A stretch of DNA of 64,000 nt. Source: a virus. The position numbers and the translations under genes were made by a program. The notes beneath the pieces were generated by a model, which was not told the origin of the DNA, made no database searches, and worked only from the letters and a program-made list of their open reading frames with translations. The stretch lies in the IMG/VR virus record IMGVR_UViG_3300025012_000003, one strand, 5' to 3'. This document shows positions 1 to 7,800 of this stretch, in pieces (position 1 is the first letter of the stretch; each line of letters begins with the position of its first letter).

Positions 1-1
1 A

Positions 2-367
2 TCTTCTTCCGACAATAAGAGCAGTAGTAGCACTATCACAGTCATATACGACGTACACTACAACTGTCTCATAAACACTGACAGATAACTTTTCCCAAGC
101 TTCTACGAGGTTGGGTTTATTAACATATCCCGTTACATGCTTAGAAGTTTTTACTGAGTTAGCATCTACTTCAACATTAGTCCCTTTAATGGGAATCCAA
201 ACAGGGTCTTTGAAGGCTACTTTTTCTTCTGGCTTCGCTACTATTTGAGATTTAATTACTGAGGGTTTAACGTGTTTTCTAGCATGTAAGTAATCTGTGA
301 TAGCCGAAGCGGTAATAGAAGATATTAAAACACCAACTATATACAATACAATATATTTTTTATTCAT
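2..367 (-). CDS. Hypothetical membrane-anchored/exported protein, runs off the window edge
   Basis: ATG at 367 after GGAG; MNKKYIVVYIVGVLISSITASA hydrophobic N-terminus; frame open to the edge. Confidence 0.7.
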   Translation of the reverse strand, partial: MNKKYIVLYIVGVLISSITASAITDYLHARKHVKPSVIKSQIVAKPEEKVAFKDPVWIPIKGTNVEVDANSVKTSKHVTGYVNKPNLVEAWEKLSVSVYETVVVYVVYDCDSATTALIVGRR

Positions 368-392
368 AACTTCTCCTTTTAATTAGTACTGT

Positions 393-869
393 TTATAGTA
401 TAATAGCTAAAACACTAAATGTCAATACTAAAACCACAAATATTAAGATAAGTGAAGCTATAATTTTAACAGGTTTATTTTCTATCTGATAATCTTCGTC
501 TTCTACCATAATGTGTTTTCTAATCTCCTCAGCATGTTTTCTTTTTTGTTCCAGGATATCTAAGTGTTTTTGTTCTAATTTATAAGTAGTTACAAAATAT
601 CTAGTGTCGCCTTTGCCCTTACAGACAATTACAATATCTTTGTTTCTACATTTAACTTTATAAATTCTTGTAGTTTTTCCAAATCTACTAATGAGTTCCG
701 CTTTCCCCGTATCAATTTGGGAGAACATATCATCTATATCTAACTTAGATAAGTTGATGTCATGCCTTTCTTGAAACCTATTCATAAGATGAAGAAGACG
801 ATTCCTTTGGGGAGTCTTATCTTTATTAGCGAATAGATATTGTGAATTTGTTCTCTTTTTACTAGCCAT
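393..869 (-). CDS. Hypothetical protein with C-terminal TM helix
   Basis: 158 aa; ends IIASLILIFVVLVLTFSVLAIIL. Confidence 0.7.
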   Translation of the reverse strand: MASKKRTNSQYLFANKDKTPQRNRLLHLMNRFQERHDINLSKLDIDDMFSQIDTGKAELISRFGKTTRIYKVKCRNKDIVIVCKGKGDTRYFVTTYKLEQKHLDILEQKRKHAEEIRKHIMVEDEDYQIENKPVKIIASLILIFVVLVLTFSVLAIIL

Positions 870-870
870 A

Positions 871-1227
871 CTAACTTACCAGCTCTTTCATGTATAAAAA
901 TCTATTTATTTCTTCTTGACTTGTTAATTCATAAACTTCTCTTTCTTCATCAAAATGAAGTATTAAATGAGTTAGTACTCTCGACCATATTCTTTCTTTT
1001 TCTTTGAATACTCCGTCAACATATAAATGAAGATGTCTTTTGTGTATCAGCCATTCAACAGTATGACACTGAATATTTTTTCTTCTTATTATATAGAAAG
1101 TTTTATTATCGAGATAATTATTGTATATGTTATCTAACCATTTACTATAAAAGCTATGGAAGAAACACACATCTCTAAACCATTGATGTTTTATATAAAA
1201 TATATCATTAGGTTTTATTTCTTTCAA
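871..1227 (-). CDS. MxEL-tail family protein
   Basis: Tail ELTSQEEINRFLYMKELVS*; likely TTG start at 1227 overlapping the upstream TGA (track start 1275). Confidence 0.75.
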   Translation of the reverse strand: MKEIKPNDIFYIKHQWFRDVCFFHSFYSKWLDNIYNNYLDNKTFYIIRRKNIQCHTVEWLIHKRHLHLYVDGVFKEKERIWSRVLTHLILHFDEEREVYELTSQEEINRFLYMKELVS

Positions 1228-1460
1228 GCTGTTAGCTCCCTTAACATTTTTACAGAGTCTATAAAGCTCAGACATTCTTCTTCTGTTATTTCATTAACAT
1301 ACATATCTGGAATATAATTAGATATGGTCTTTTCAATATTATTTATAAAACACCATTCTTCATATTTAAAGTTGTAAAAATAGAGAAATTTATCATCTCC
1401 ATATAATTTATAGAAGACTTCAGAATTTGCTTTACTTTTAAAATATCTTATATGACTCAA
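1224..1460 (-). CDS. MxEL-tail family protein
   Basis: Tail EITEEECLSFIDSVKMLRELTA*. Confidence 0.8.
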   Translation of the reverse strand: MSHIRYFKSKANSEVFYKLYGDDKFLYFYNFKYEEWCFINNIEKTISNYIPDMYVNEITEEECLSFIDSVKMLRELTA

Positions 1461-1672
1461 CTGATTAATTCCTGTACTGTTTCAAAAGTTTCTATTCGTA
1501 TTAGGCATTCTTCTTGGGTTATTCTCTCTAGGTACCCGTCATATATTTGAAAAGTTTTTGTATCCCCTATTCTCTCCCAACTTTTAAATCTCCAATCATA
1601 CATGAAGAAATAATCATTCACTAATTGATAAAATACTATATTATGTTTATTTATGAAGTATTCCCTAATCAT
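1457..1672 (-). CDS. MxEL-tail family protein
   Basis: Tail RITQEECLIRIETFETVQELIS*. Confidence 0.8.
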   Translation of the reverse strand: MIREYFINKHNIVFYQLVNDYFFMYDWRFKSWERIGDTKTFQIYDGYLERITQEECLIRIETFETVQELIS

Positions 1673-1986
1673 CCTACTAGCTCATTCATTGTTAATAAAC
1701 TGTCTATCTCTTCTTCTGTTATTTCATACATGTCATCGTTGTCTATTAAGCTATTTATAAAACATTTATAGAGGTCTTTGCTGACTGTGTTTTTTCTACC
1801 TTCTTTGTCGTATATCTCAAGACCACATCTCTTATTTCCTACACAATATCCAATACCAACCCACTCATCTTTTTTAGGATTAAAGATTATAGCCACTTTA
1901 ATATCTTTAGCAGGTTCATAATAAAACTTACTATTAAACTCATCTCTTTTGGGAATATGATTAAGTTTTATCATTGCCTTCTCCAA
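1669..1986 (-). CDS. MxEL-tail family protein
   Basis: Tail EITEEEIDSLLTMNELVG*. Confidence 0.8.
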   Translation of the reverse strand: MEKAMIKLNHIPKRDEFNSKFYYEPAKDIKVAIIFNPKKDEWVGIGYCVGNKRCGLEIYDKEGRKNTVSKDLYKCFINSLIDNDDMYEITEEEIDSLLTMNELVG

Positions 1987-2323
1987 ACAAATATCTTATT
2001 GGGATTTTAACAGCGTAGGCTATATCTTCCTGTATTTTATCTATCATACTGAGTTCGTAATAATTTCCCTCTTTAGGTTTAGCTACTAACTCTATCATTA
2101 CCAAAACCGACTCTACTTCTTCTGGAGTTAATTCAAAAACAGTTGATGGATGATGTTCTAAGAAATTTTCAAACTCATAATCCATCCATGCTGACCTATG
2201 CCATTCCCCCTCTCTCAATATATACACAGTGCTAGAAGTACGAAAATTAGCTTCTCGCCTTTTGTAGAAAACAGGATTGTTGTGGTCGTTATCTATATTT
2301 TTATAATATCTACATTTATCCAT
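1961..2323 (-). CDS. MxEL family protein, motif internal with C-terminal extension
   Basis: ELTPEEVESVLVMIELVA followed by ~40 aa. Confidence 0.75.
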   Translation of the reverse strand: MDKCRYYKNIDNDHNNPVFYKRREANFRTSSTVYILREGEWHRSAWMDYEFENFLEHHPSTVFELTPEEVESVLVMIELVAKPKEGNYYELSMIDKIQEDIAYAVKIPIRYLFGEGNDKT

Positions 2324-2702
2324 TAAATTTAGTTCTTATGTTATCTATCTTATTCATTAATCTATTAATAATACTTTTAGTTTTTATAGGGTTTACTTCT
2401 AGGGGTTTCATAGGAATTATAGTTATCCTATTTAACTCTGCCATCATTTCTGATATAGTAAATCCAACTTCATCTTGGTCTACTAGCTCTCTCATAATCA
2501 TAATGGAGTTAGCTTCTTCTTCAGTTATTTCTATAACTTTAGTTGAATCTTGAGATAGATATGTTTCAAATTCCGCTAAACTCCAAATAGAATCTTTCCA
2601 AATATTATCCTTTTGACAAACTACGACTCCTCGTTTATCTACTTTATACAAAGTAGGACAAGATTCAAATTCTATATCTTTGTAATATCTACATTTATTC
2701 AT
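2316..2702 (-). CDS. MxEL family protein, motif internal with C-terminal extension
   Basis: EITEEEANSIMIMRELVD followed by ~53 aa; N-terminus paralogous to 1961..2323 (MxKCRYYK). Confidence 0.75.
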   Translation of the reverse strand: MNKCRYYKDIEFESCPTLYKVDKRGVVVCQKDNIWKDSIWSLAEFETYLSQDSTKVIEITEEEANSIMIMRELVDQDEVGFTISEMMAELNRITIIPMKPLEVNPIKTKSIINRLMNKIDNIRTKFNG

Positions 2703-2832
2703 TGTTAAGCATCTAGTTCTTTTCTTACTTTTTCTACCAAGGGTTTCACTAAATGATACATTCCCATTTTCTTAGCAATTGCTTCTAACTCGTCTACTAA
2801 GACTCTAATAACTCTTTCTAATTTTTCTACGT

Positions 2833-3093
2833 TCATCCTATTAACTCCATCATACTTTGTTGTACCATACATTCTTCTTCCGTTATAAGTTCTGAAGTAT
2901 AACTAGAATGATAATGTTTGTTATACCCAGTTTCTGCTATCAACTCTGATAAATTGTACCATTCAAAACTTATAGCCCACTGCTTACCAGTCCATATATG
3001 AAATATACTTTTATGGATAGTAGGGGTATATTGTATTAACTTAACTTTATTTATTTTATAGTCTAACATGGTAACTTTAAAATATTGACTCAT
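2833..3093 (-). CDS. MxEL-tail family protein
   Basis: Tail LITEEECMVQQSMMELIG*. Confidence 0.8.
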   Translation of the reverse strand: MSQYFKVTMLDYKINKVKLIQYTPTIHKSIFHIWTGKQWAISFEWYNLSELIAETGYNKHYHSSYTSELITEEECMVQQSMMELIG

Positions 3094-3094
3094 A

Positions 3095-3295
3095 TTATCC
3101 TTCAGTAATAAAATCCAAGGCTACTCTAAATACCGTTCCTATGACTATCCCAAAGATTAAATTAGGACAATGAGATGGAGTGAATACACAAATTAAAAAT
3201 ATTATACCTAAAGCTATCGCATACCAAGTATAGATAGCATATTTAGTATTAAAGACTGGAATGGGTTTAGCCAAAAACTCTTTTATTTTATTCAT
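3095..3295 (-). CDS. Small two-TM membrane protein
   Basis: 66 aa, two hydrophobic stretches. Confidence 0.65.
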   Translation of the reverse strand: MNKIKEFLAKPIPVFNTKYAIYTWYAIALGIIFLICVFTPSHCPNLIFGIVIGTVFRVALDFITEG

Positions 3296-3390
3296 TACAT
3301 TTTACCTATTAAATTAATTACAAACAACATGGCTAATATTATTAACATCATACCAAGCATTTGTAATGGTACTAAGATTAATGCTTCCAC
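3295..3390 (-). CDS. Tiny single-TM peptide (31 aa, GTG start), not in ORF track
   Basis: VEALILVPLQMLGMMLIILAMLFVINLIGKM*; fills the gap, TAATG coupling to next gene. Confidence 0.5.
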   Translation of the reverse strand: MEALILVPLQMLGMMLIILAMLFVINLIGKM

Positions 3391-3597
3391 TTATTCTTTC
3401 TCCAATTCTTTTGTTATATTCTCAAAGAGTTCAGAATCTTCTATATTGAATACATTTCTTTTAGGGTCAAGATTAGAAATAATTTGTCCGACTCTAAGAT
3501 AGGGATGCTTACGTTTATACTGTCTCAACTTATTAAACAACTCATCTATCTTTTCTTCGTCAAACCTAAAGTTGTAATCTTCTTGGTGTTTCTTCAT
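3391..3597 (-). CDS. Hypothetical phage protein
   Basis: 68 aa, LRVGQIISN motif, coupled ORF. Confidence 0.65.
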   Translation of the reverse strand: MKKHQEDYNFRFDEEKIDELFNKLRQYKRKHPYLRVGQIISNLDPKRNVFNIEDSELFENITKELEKE

Positions 3598-3914
3598 TCT
3601 TCACAAGCTCCGTTTTCCCAGTCAGCTAATATTAACTTGCTTCCAACTTTATTTTTGACACACGTATTTGTATGAGATTCCGTGTGAACATCCTTATCTG
3701 TCGCTATAACACAGTAATTTCCGTCTAAGAAAGAATGACCATACGTTATAGACTTAACTGTTTCTGGGTAAGTTGCTTCTTTTAACATTAGACATTCTTT
3801 AGGCATGTGTTCTATTCCATAACCTATTAACACAAATATTGATAGAAAAAATACTAATCCTAATATTACACTAGCTCCATTATTATCATTTCCAATATTT
3901 CTTTTTATTCCCAT
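3594..3914 (-). CDS. Membrane-anchored hypothetical protein
   Basis: N-terminal TM, Cys-containing soluble part; GGAGA SD. Confidence 0.7.
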   Translation of the reverse strand: MGIKRNIGNDNNGASVILGLVFFLSIFVLIGYGIEHMPKECLMLKEATYPETVKSITYGHSFLDGNYCVIATDKDVHTESHTNTCVKNKVGSKLILADWENGACEE

Positions 3915-3934
3915 GATATTTCTCCTTTATAATA

Positions 3935-3963
3935 ATCATAGCATATCTTTAACAATAAGTAAA
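3935..3963 (-). promoter_or_regulatory. sigma70-type promoter
   Basis: TTTACT-N17-TATGAT with TG extension. Confidence 0.65.
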
Positions 3964-3976
3964 GTATTTATTAAGA

Positions 3977-4267
3977 TTAATTTACAAGTTCTTCCATACT
4001 ACGGAGAGTAATCATTTCATCATCTGTTAATTCAAATACTTTAAAGTCATTCCAGTACCAATAAAAAGTACTCATAGTTTTACTTTTTTCATAATCATGA
4101 GGTTTATCTAAAGTATCGTTATTATTACAATAGTATCTGAATTCTATACCCGTTATATAAATATCTTTATTAAATCCTCGTTTATGTTGTAATAGATAAA
4201 GTTTATTATCAAGAAAAGAATATTTATTATTCTTTTCTTTACTATCGTCAGGAAATATTCTTATCAT
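3977..4267 (-). CDS. MxEL-tail family protein
   Basis: Tail ELTDDEMITLRSMEELVN*. Confidence 0.8.
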   Translation of the reverse strand: MIRIFPDDSKEKNNKYSFLDNKLYLLQHKRGFNKDIYITGIEFRYYCNNNDTLDKPHDYEKSKTMSTFYWYWNDFKVFELTDDEMITLRSMEELVN

Positions 4268-4494
4268 GATACCAATTCTCCCATAGCTAAATAAGCTAGA
4301 TATTCTTCTTCGGAAGCTTCTCTGTACTGCCTAGAATAATATTTTAATAATTCCTCTAAAGTATAACTATGACTTTTATGTAAGTTACCTATCCCATCAA
4401 TGTAATAAAGTCTTCCTTCTTTCTCAACGTAGAATTCAAAATATCTAGCACCCACTTTATGTGTGAAGTCTTCTCTTATCATAGCATATCTCAT
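4264..4494 (-). CDS. MxEL-tail family protein
   Basis: Tail EASEEEYLAYLAMGELVS*. Confidence 0.8.
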   Translation of the reverse strand: MRYAMIREDFTHKVGARYFEFYVEKEGRLYYIDGIGNLHKSHSYTLEELLKYYSRQYREASEEEYLAYLAMGELVS

Positions 4495-4823
4495 GATATT
4501 AATTCTTTCATCATTAGTAAAGAACGTAATTCTTCTTCTGGATTATCCGTTTCTGGTTCATAAAGGACTCCTTCATATTTTTGACATTCGTGTGGATGAT
4601 TACTGTCATGAAGATAGCACTCCCAATTGTCTTCATTTATAAATTTGAAAGTTCCTGTCTGATGCCAAATACCATTATAGTCTCTCTTAGACTCTATTTG
4701 ATAAGAAACTAATTTGAGTCTTTTTATTAAGATGGCTTTTTCAAACTCTTCATACAAAAGATAATATGTTTTATTATAATCAAAGCTCCAAGCCTTTCTT
4801 AATAAGTCATCTATCTTTTTCAT
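4491..4823 (-). CDS. MxEL-tail family protein
   Basis: Tail PEEELRSLLMMKELIS*. Confidence 0.8.
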   Translation of the reverse strand: MKKIDDLLRKAWSFDYNKTYYLLYEEFEKAILIKRLKLVSYQIESKRDYNGIWHQTGTFKFINEDNWECYLHDSNHPHECQKYEGVLYEPETDNPEEELRSLLMMKELIS

Positions 4824-5053
4824 TTTGTAAGTTCTTTCATATATCTTCCTAAGTCTACTTTAGCATTTATCTCTTCAGAAGTCAATCCTCTATCAATAAG
4901 TTCTTTTTCTATAATCTCATAGTAACATTCTAAATCATAGTACTCTCTATTCATATAAGAACTCATACCAGATAACTCATTATCTATCCAAACTAAATCA
5001 GATAATAAACTATCACTTGTCTGTTCTTCTATGTCTTGTAACATATTAGGCAC
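4820..5053 (-). CDS. MxEL-tail family protein
   Basis: Tail LTSEEINAKVDLGRYMKELTK*. Confidence 0.8.
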   Translation of the reverse strand: MPNMLQDIEEQTSDSLLSDLVWIDNELSGMSSYMNREYYDLECYYEIIEKELIDRGLTSEEINAKVDLGRYMKELTK

Positions 5054-5591
5054 CTATAAGTTCTTCCATAGATTCAAGACTTCTTAAAGCATCTTCAAAC
5101 TTACAATAGATTCTGGGTAGGGTCTTTACAAGATTGAAAACTTCTTTACCTGCTAAATATGGATTTCTAAAAGCATAGTTCCAATAGTTAAAACTTGGAT
5201 TAGGAAATGGAAGACCTACATAATATTCTATATTATTTTTATCGTCAAATCTCATTAAATAATTATTGCCTTTTATGTTAGCTAAAATATACTCTTCTCC
5301 GAGACCTAATTTTCTAGCAATATCATGTTCACATTCTACCCTATAGTATATATTCCAAATGTTATCAATGCCAGATAACCATTCATCTAATTCTTTAGAA
5401 GTCTTGTTAGGTTTATAAATATTATCCATAGTACTGTCCCTATCGATAGAAGTATCAGAGACATTACCCTCTTTATCATATAAATAATGAGATGCAATAG
5501 CAGAGAACTCAAGACCCTCTTCCTTTTTAATTAGGTCATAGTACTCTTTGTCTACTGTATATGTTTTATATAATATATGAGAACTATACAT
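5046..5591 (-). CDS. MxEL-tail family protein (181 aa)
   Basis: Tail FEDALRSLESMEELIGA*. Confidence 0.8.
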   Translation of the reverse strand: MYSSHILYKTYTVDKEYYDLIKKEEGLEFSAIASHYLYDKEGNVSDTSIDRDSTMDNIYKPNKTSKELDEWLSGIDNIWNIYYRVECEHDIARKLGLGEEYILANIKGNNYLMRFDDKNNIEYYVGLPFPNPSFNYWNYAFRNPYLAGKEVFNLVKTLPRIYCKFEDALRSLESMEELIGA

Positions 5592-5691
5592 TAATTTACT
5601 TAATCTCCAAAATCATGTATGTCCGACCAATGTATAGTAGCTTCGATGGGTTCCTCATATTCTTCTTCGTTATTAATCATAGCTTATCTCC

Positions 5692-5940
5692 TTAGCGTAC
5701 TAACTCTGTCATGGTTATTATTTTAGTACAGTCTCCTTCTGTTATTTCTTGTACCTGATTTACTTTTACCAATCTTTTTATTTTATCTGATATCCTATCA
5801 TAAGGAACCGACTCTGCAAGAACTGTCCAATTATTTCTTTTATAATCATACATATAGGTATAGTCATCTTCATCTACTTTATATAAGTAGTATCCAAATT
5901 CTAAATGGAAACTATTTCTTGGTTCTTTATAATATCTCAT
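5692..5940 (-). CDS. MxEL-tail family protein, probably leaderless mRNA
   Basis: Tail EITEGDCTKIITMTELVR*; ATG 6 nt after the -10 box. Confidence 0.8.
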   Translation of the reverse strand: MRYYKEPRNSFHLEFGYYLYKVDEDDYTYMYDYKRNNWTVLAESVPYDRISDKIKRLVKVNQVQEITEGDCTKIITMTELVR

Positions 5941-5946
5941 AATTTT

Positions 5947-5975
5947 AGTATAACAAAAATAGAGAAGGCAGTCAA
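5947..5975 (-). promoter_or_regulatory. sigma70 promoter embedded in an intrinsic terminator
   Basis: TTGACT-N17-TATACT; -35 sits in the hairpin AGAGAAGGTA/TGCCTTCTCT followed by a U tract. Confidence 0.75.
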
Positions 5976-6066
5976 TACCTTCTCTTTAATAATTAATATA
6001 ATGTTACAAACTTTGGAGGAAGCACAATAAGCTAATTTTAGTAAAACACAATAAGCTAATAAAAAA

Positions 6067-6140
6067 TGGAGCGGGTAGGGAGAATCGAACTCCCTTCATC
6101 AGCTTGGAAGGCTGAGGCACAACCTATATACCATACCCGC
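6067..6140 (-). tRNA. tRNA-Gly(TCC)
   Basis: Cloverleaf, loop CTTCCAA, TTCGATT T-loop, CCA encoded. Confidence 0.95.
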
Positions 6141-6147
6141 TTAATAA

Positions 6148-6230
6148 TACAGGTGAGAGGATTTGAACCTCCACGCTTTTTAAGGCACGAGTGTCTAAAA
6201 CTCGCATGTCTACCATTCCAACACACCTGC
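6148..6230 (-). tRNA. tRNA-Leu(TAG)
   Basis: Loop TTTAGAC, long variable arm, no encoded CCA. Confidence 0.9.
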
Positions 6231-6242
6231 ATAGTATATAAA

Positions 6243-6316
6243 TGGCTGAGGAGATAGGAATCGAACCCATATTCACTGAGTCAAAGTCAGGTGTCCTGCC
6301 GTTAGACGACTCCTCA
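6243..6316 (-). tRNA. tRNA-Gln(TTG)
   Basis: Loop CTTTGAC, CCA encoded. Confidence 0.95.
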
Positions 6317-6327
6317 ATAATTAAAAA

Positions 6328-6402
6328 TGGCTCCCTCGGCAGGACTCGAACCTACAGTCATTCGATTAACAGTCGAACGCTCTACCATTGAGCTACGAGG
6401 GA
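6328..6402 (-). tRNA. tRNA-Asn(GTT)
   Basis: TCCCTCGTAGCTCAATGGTAGAGC..., loop CTGTTAA, CCA. Confidence 0.95.
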
Positions 6403-6408
6403 ATAAAA

Positions 6409-6480
6409 AGCCCTTTGTCAGATTTGAACTGACAACCTTCATCTTACAAGGATGTTGCTCTACCATTGAGCTAAAAGGGC
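6409..6480 (-). tRNA. tRNA-Thr(TGT)
   Basis: Loop CTTGTAA, no encoded CCA. Confidence 0.95.
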
Positions 6481-6483
6481 AAG

Positions 6484-6558
6484 TGGGTGGAAGGACGGGA
6501 CTCGAACCCGCTTTGCTTCGTTCACAGCGAAGGATATTACCCATATATGACCGACCAC
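6484..6558 (-). tRNA. tRNA-His(GTG), acceptor stem with two mismatches
   Basis: Loop CTGTGAA, G-1:C73, CCA. Confidence 0.85.
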
Positions 6559-6559
6559 A

Positions 6560-6633
6560 TGGCGGAACTATGGGGATTTGAACCCCAGACTTCTCGCAGA
6601 CAACGAGTAGTTTTACCCCTAAACTATAGTTCC
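6560..6633 (-). tRNA. tRNA-Asp(GTC)
   Basis: Loop TTGTCTG, CCA. Confidence 0.9.
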
Positions 6634-6640
6634 AAATATA

Positions 6641-6713
6641 TAGATACTGAGAGACTCGAACTCCCGACTTCCTCCGTGTAAGAGAGGCACTCTACCGACT
6701 GAGTTAAGTATCC
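6641..6713 (-). tRNA. tRNA-Val(TAC)
   Basis: Loop CTTACAC. Confidence 0.95.
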
Positions 6714-6714
6714 A

Positions 6715-6790
6715 TGGTCTAGGTGGAGGGACTTGAACCCCCGACTCCCTACGTCCAAGGTAGGATTTCTACCAACTGAATTACACCTAG
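6715..6790 (-). tRNA. tRNA-Pro(TGG)
   Basis: Loop CTTGGAC, CCA. Confidence 0.95.
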
Positions 6791-6801
6791 ATTATAATTA
6801 A

Positions 6802-6875
6802 TGGTGTTTCCTAGAAGAGTCGAACTTCTGTCTAACGCTTATGAGGCGACCGCTCTGCCGTTGAGCTAAGGAAAC
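6802..6875 (-). tRNA. tRNA(CAT), elongator Met or Ile2
   Basis: Loop CTCATAA, G1:C72 paired, CCA; isotype not resolvable by eye. Confidence 0.85.
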
Positions 6876-6876
6876 A

Positions 6877-6954
6877 TGGTAGCAGGAGTTGGATTTGAAC
6901 CAACGACCCCCAGCTTATGAGACTGGTGAGCTAACCAGACTGCTCTATCCTGCG
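6877..6954 (-). tRNA. tRNA-fMet-like (CAT)
   Basis: CGCAGGATAGAGCAGTCTGGTTAGCTC start, C1.U72 mismatch, loop CTCATAA, CCA. Confidence 0.85.
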
Positions 6955-6960
6955 ATAATA

Positions 6961-7034
6961 AGTACCTGATTGGATTTGAACCAACGACTACAGAGGTTGC
7001 AACTCTGCCCCTTAGACCACTTGGGTACAGGTAC
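6961..7034 (-). tRNA. tRNA-Cys(GCA)
   Basis: Loop TTGCAAC, U73. Confidence 0.9.
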
Positions 7035-7035
7035 A

Positions 7036-7110
7036 TGGTGGGAGTAGTAGGTACCGAGCCTACCTCTGGTGCTTTTCAGGCACCCGCTAATCCATCTCAG
7101 CTATTCTCCC
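7036..7110 (-). tRNA. tRNA-Phe(GAA), atypical T-loop
   Basis: Loop CTGAAAA; T-loop CTCGGTA; CCA. Confidence 0.85.
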
Positions 7111-7111
7111 A

Positions 7112-7197
7112 TGGTGCGTTGGGAAGGACTCGAACCTCCAAGTGATTATTAGTCGGGTGGGTTACAGCCACCTGCCATACCGTTAGGCGACCAACGC
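7112..7197 (-). tRNA. tRNA-Tyr(GTA)
   Basis: Loop CTGTAAC, long variable arm, CCA. Confidence 0.9.
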
Positions 7198-7202
7198 ATA
7201 TT

Positions 7203-7272
7203 TGGAGACAGTGGGAATTGAACCCGCTACAACGTCTTTGCAAAAGAAGTCCGCTACCTCAGCGTTATCCCC
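7203..7272 (-). tRNA. tRNA-Ala(TGC), short D-arm
   Basis: G3:U70 in GGGGATA/TGTCTCC stem, loop TTTGCAA, A73. Confidence 0.8.
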
Positions 7273-7274
7273 AT

Positions 7275-7545
7275 GACGGGAGGAGTTACCCTCCCCGACT
7301 TCTAGGCTACGAGAGCCATTTTACGTCCGAAATCTAAAGACACTGTGTTGTTTCCGTTTGTTGTTTTTGCTATTTTTAAAGAGAATGCCCTCTTACTTGC
7401 GAGTTTATCCCTACCTACCACGTCTAATCCACGCACCCCCATGGTGGAGGTGAAGGGAGTCGAACCCTTGTCCGCAACAGACATCAATAAACCTTCTACA
7501 AGTTTAGTCCAATTTGAAGAGTAGGACTTCTCACTAAATTTTCAA
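7275..7545 (-). ncRNA. ssrA: Circularly permuted two-piece tmRNA (acceptor piece ~7545-7442, coding piece 7440-~7275)
   Basis: ...GGACAAGGGTTCGACTCCCTTCACCTCCACCA precedes GGGGGTGCGTGGATTAGAC; G3:U70; helix-2 pairings ATAAAC/GTTTAT and GCAAGT/ACTTGT; tag frame AKTTNGNNTVSLDFGRKMALVA* (7370-7302); outer ends approximate. Confidence 0.9.
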
Positions 7546-7552
7546 GGTACAA

Positions 7553-7723
7553 TTACTTTGTTTTGTATTGAGTTCTTCTGTATTTTTTCCAGCTTCTTCT
7601 TACGGTGTGCCTTGCGTTCTCTACTTGATGCCAAGGACAGAAGGAGCAGGAAGCGAATTTTCTTTTATAGTATTTTTTATAAACACTATTATTAGTAGTT
7701 GTTTTAAAGTCTTCGCTTTTCAT
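7553..7723 (-). CDS. Small basic Cys/His protein (56 aa), not in ORF track
   Basis: MKSEDF...CSFCPWHQVEN...RSWKKYRRTQYKTK*; AGGAGA SD. Confidence 0.75.
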   Translation of the reverse strand: MKSEDFKTTTNNSVYKKYYKRKFASCSFCPWHQVENARHTVRRSWKKYRRTQYKTK

Positions 7724-7800
7724 TTCTTGTATCTCCTGAGTTATTATCCTCAGAGATTATTTAATTCTTTTTTCATGATTGTTTCCTCATATTTAATAAC

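Noticed and set aside
6066-6681. ORFs 6066..6257, 6314..6544, 6327..6581 and 6487..6681
   Set aside because: They overlap clear tRNA cloverleafs.
7302-7487. 61-aa ORF ending MALVA
   Set aside because: Only the last 17-22 codons are meaningful (the tmRNA tag frame); the rest is tmRNA structure.
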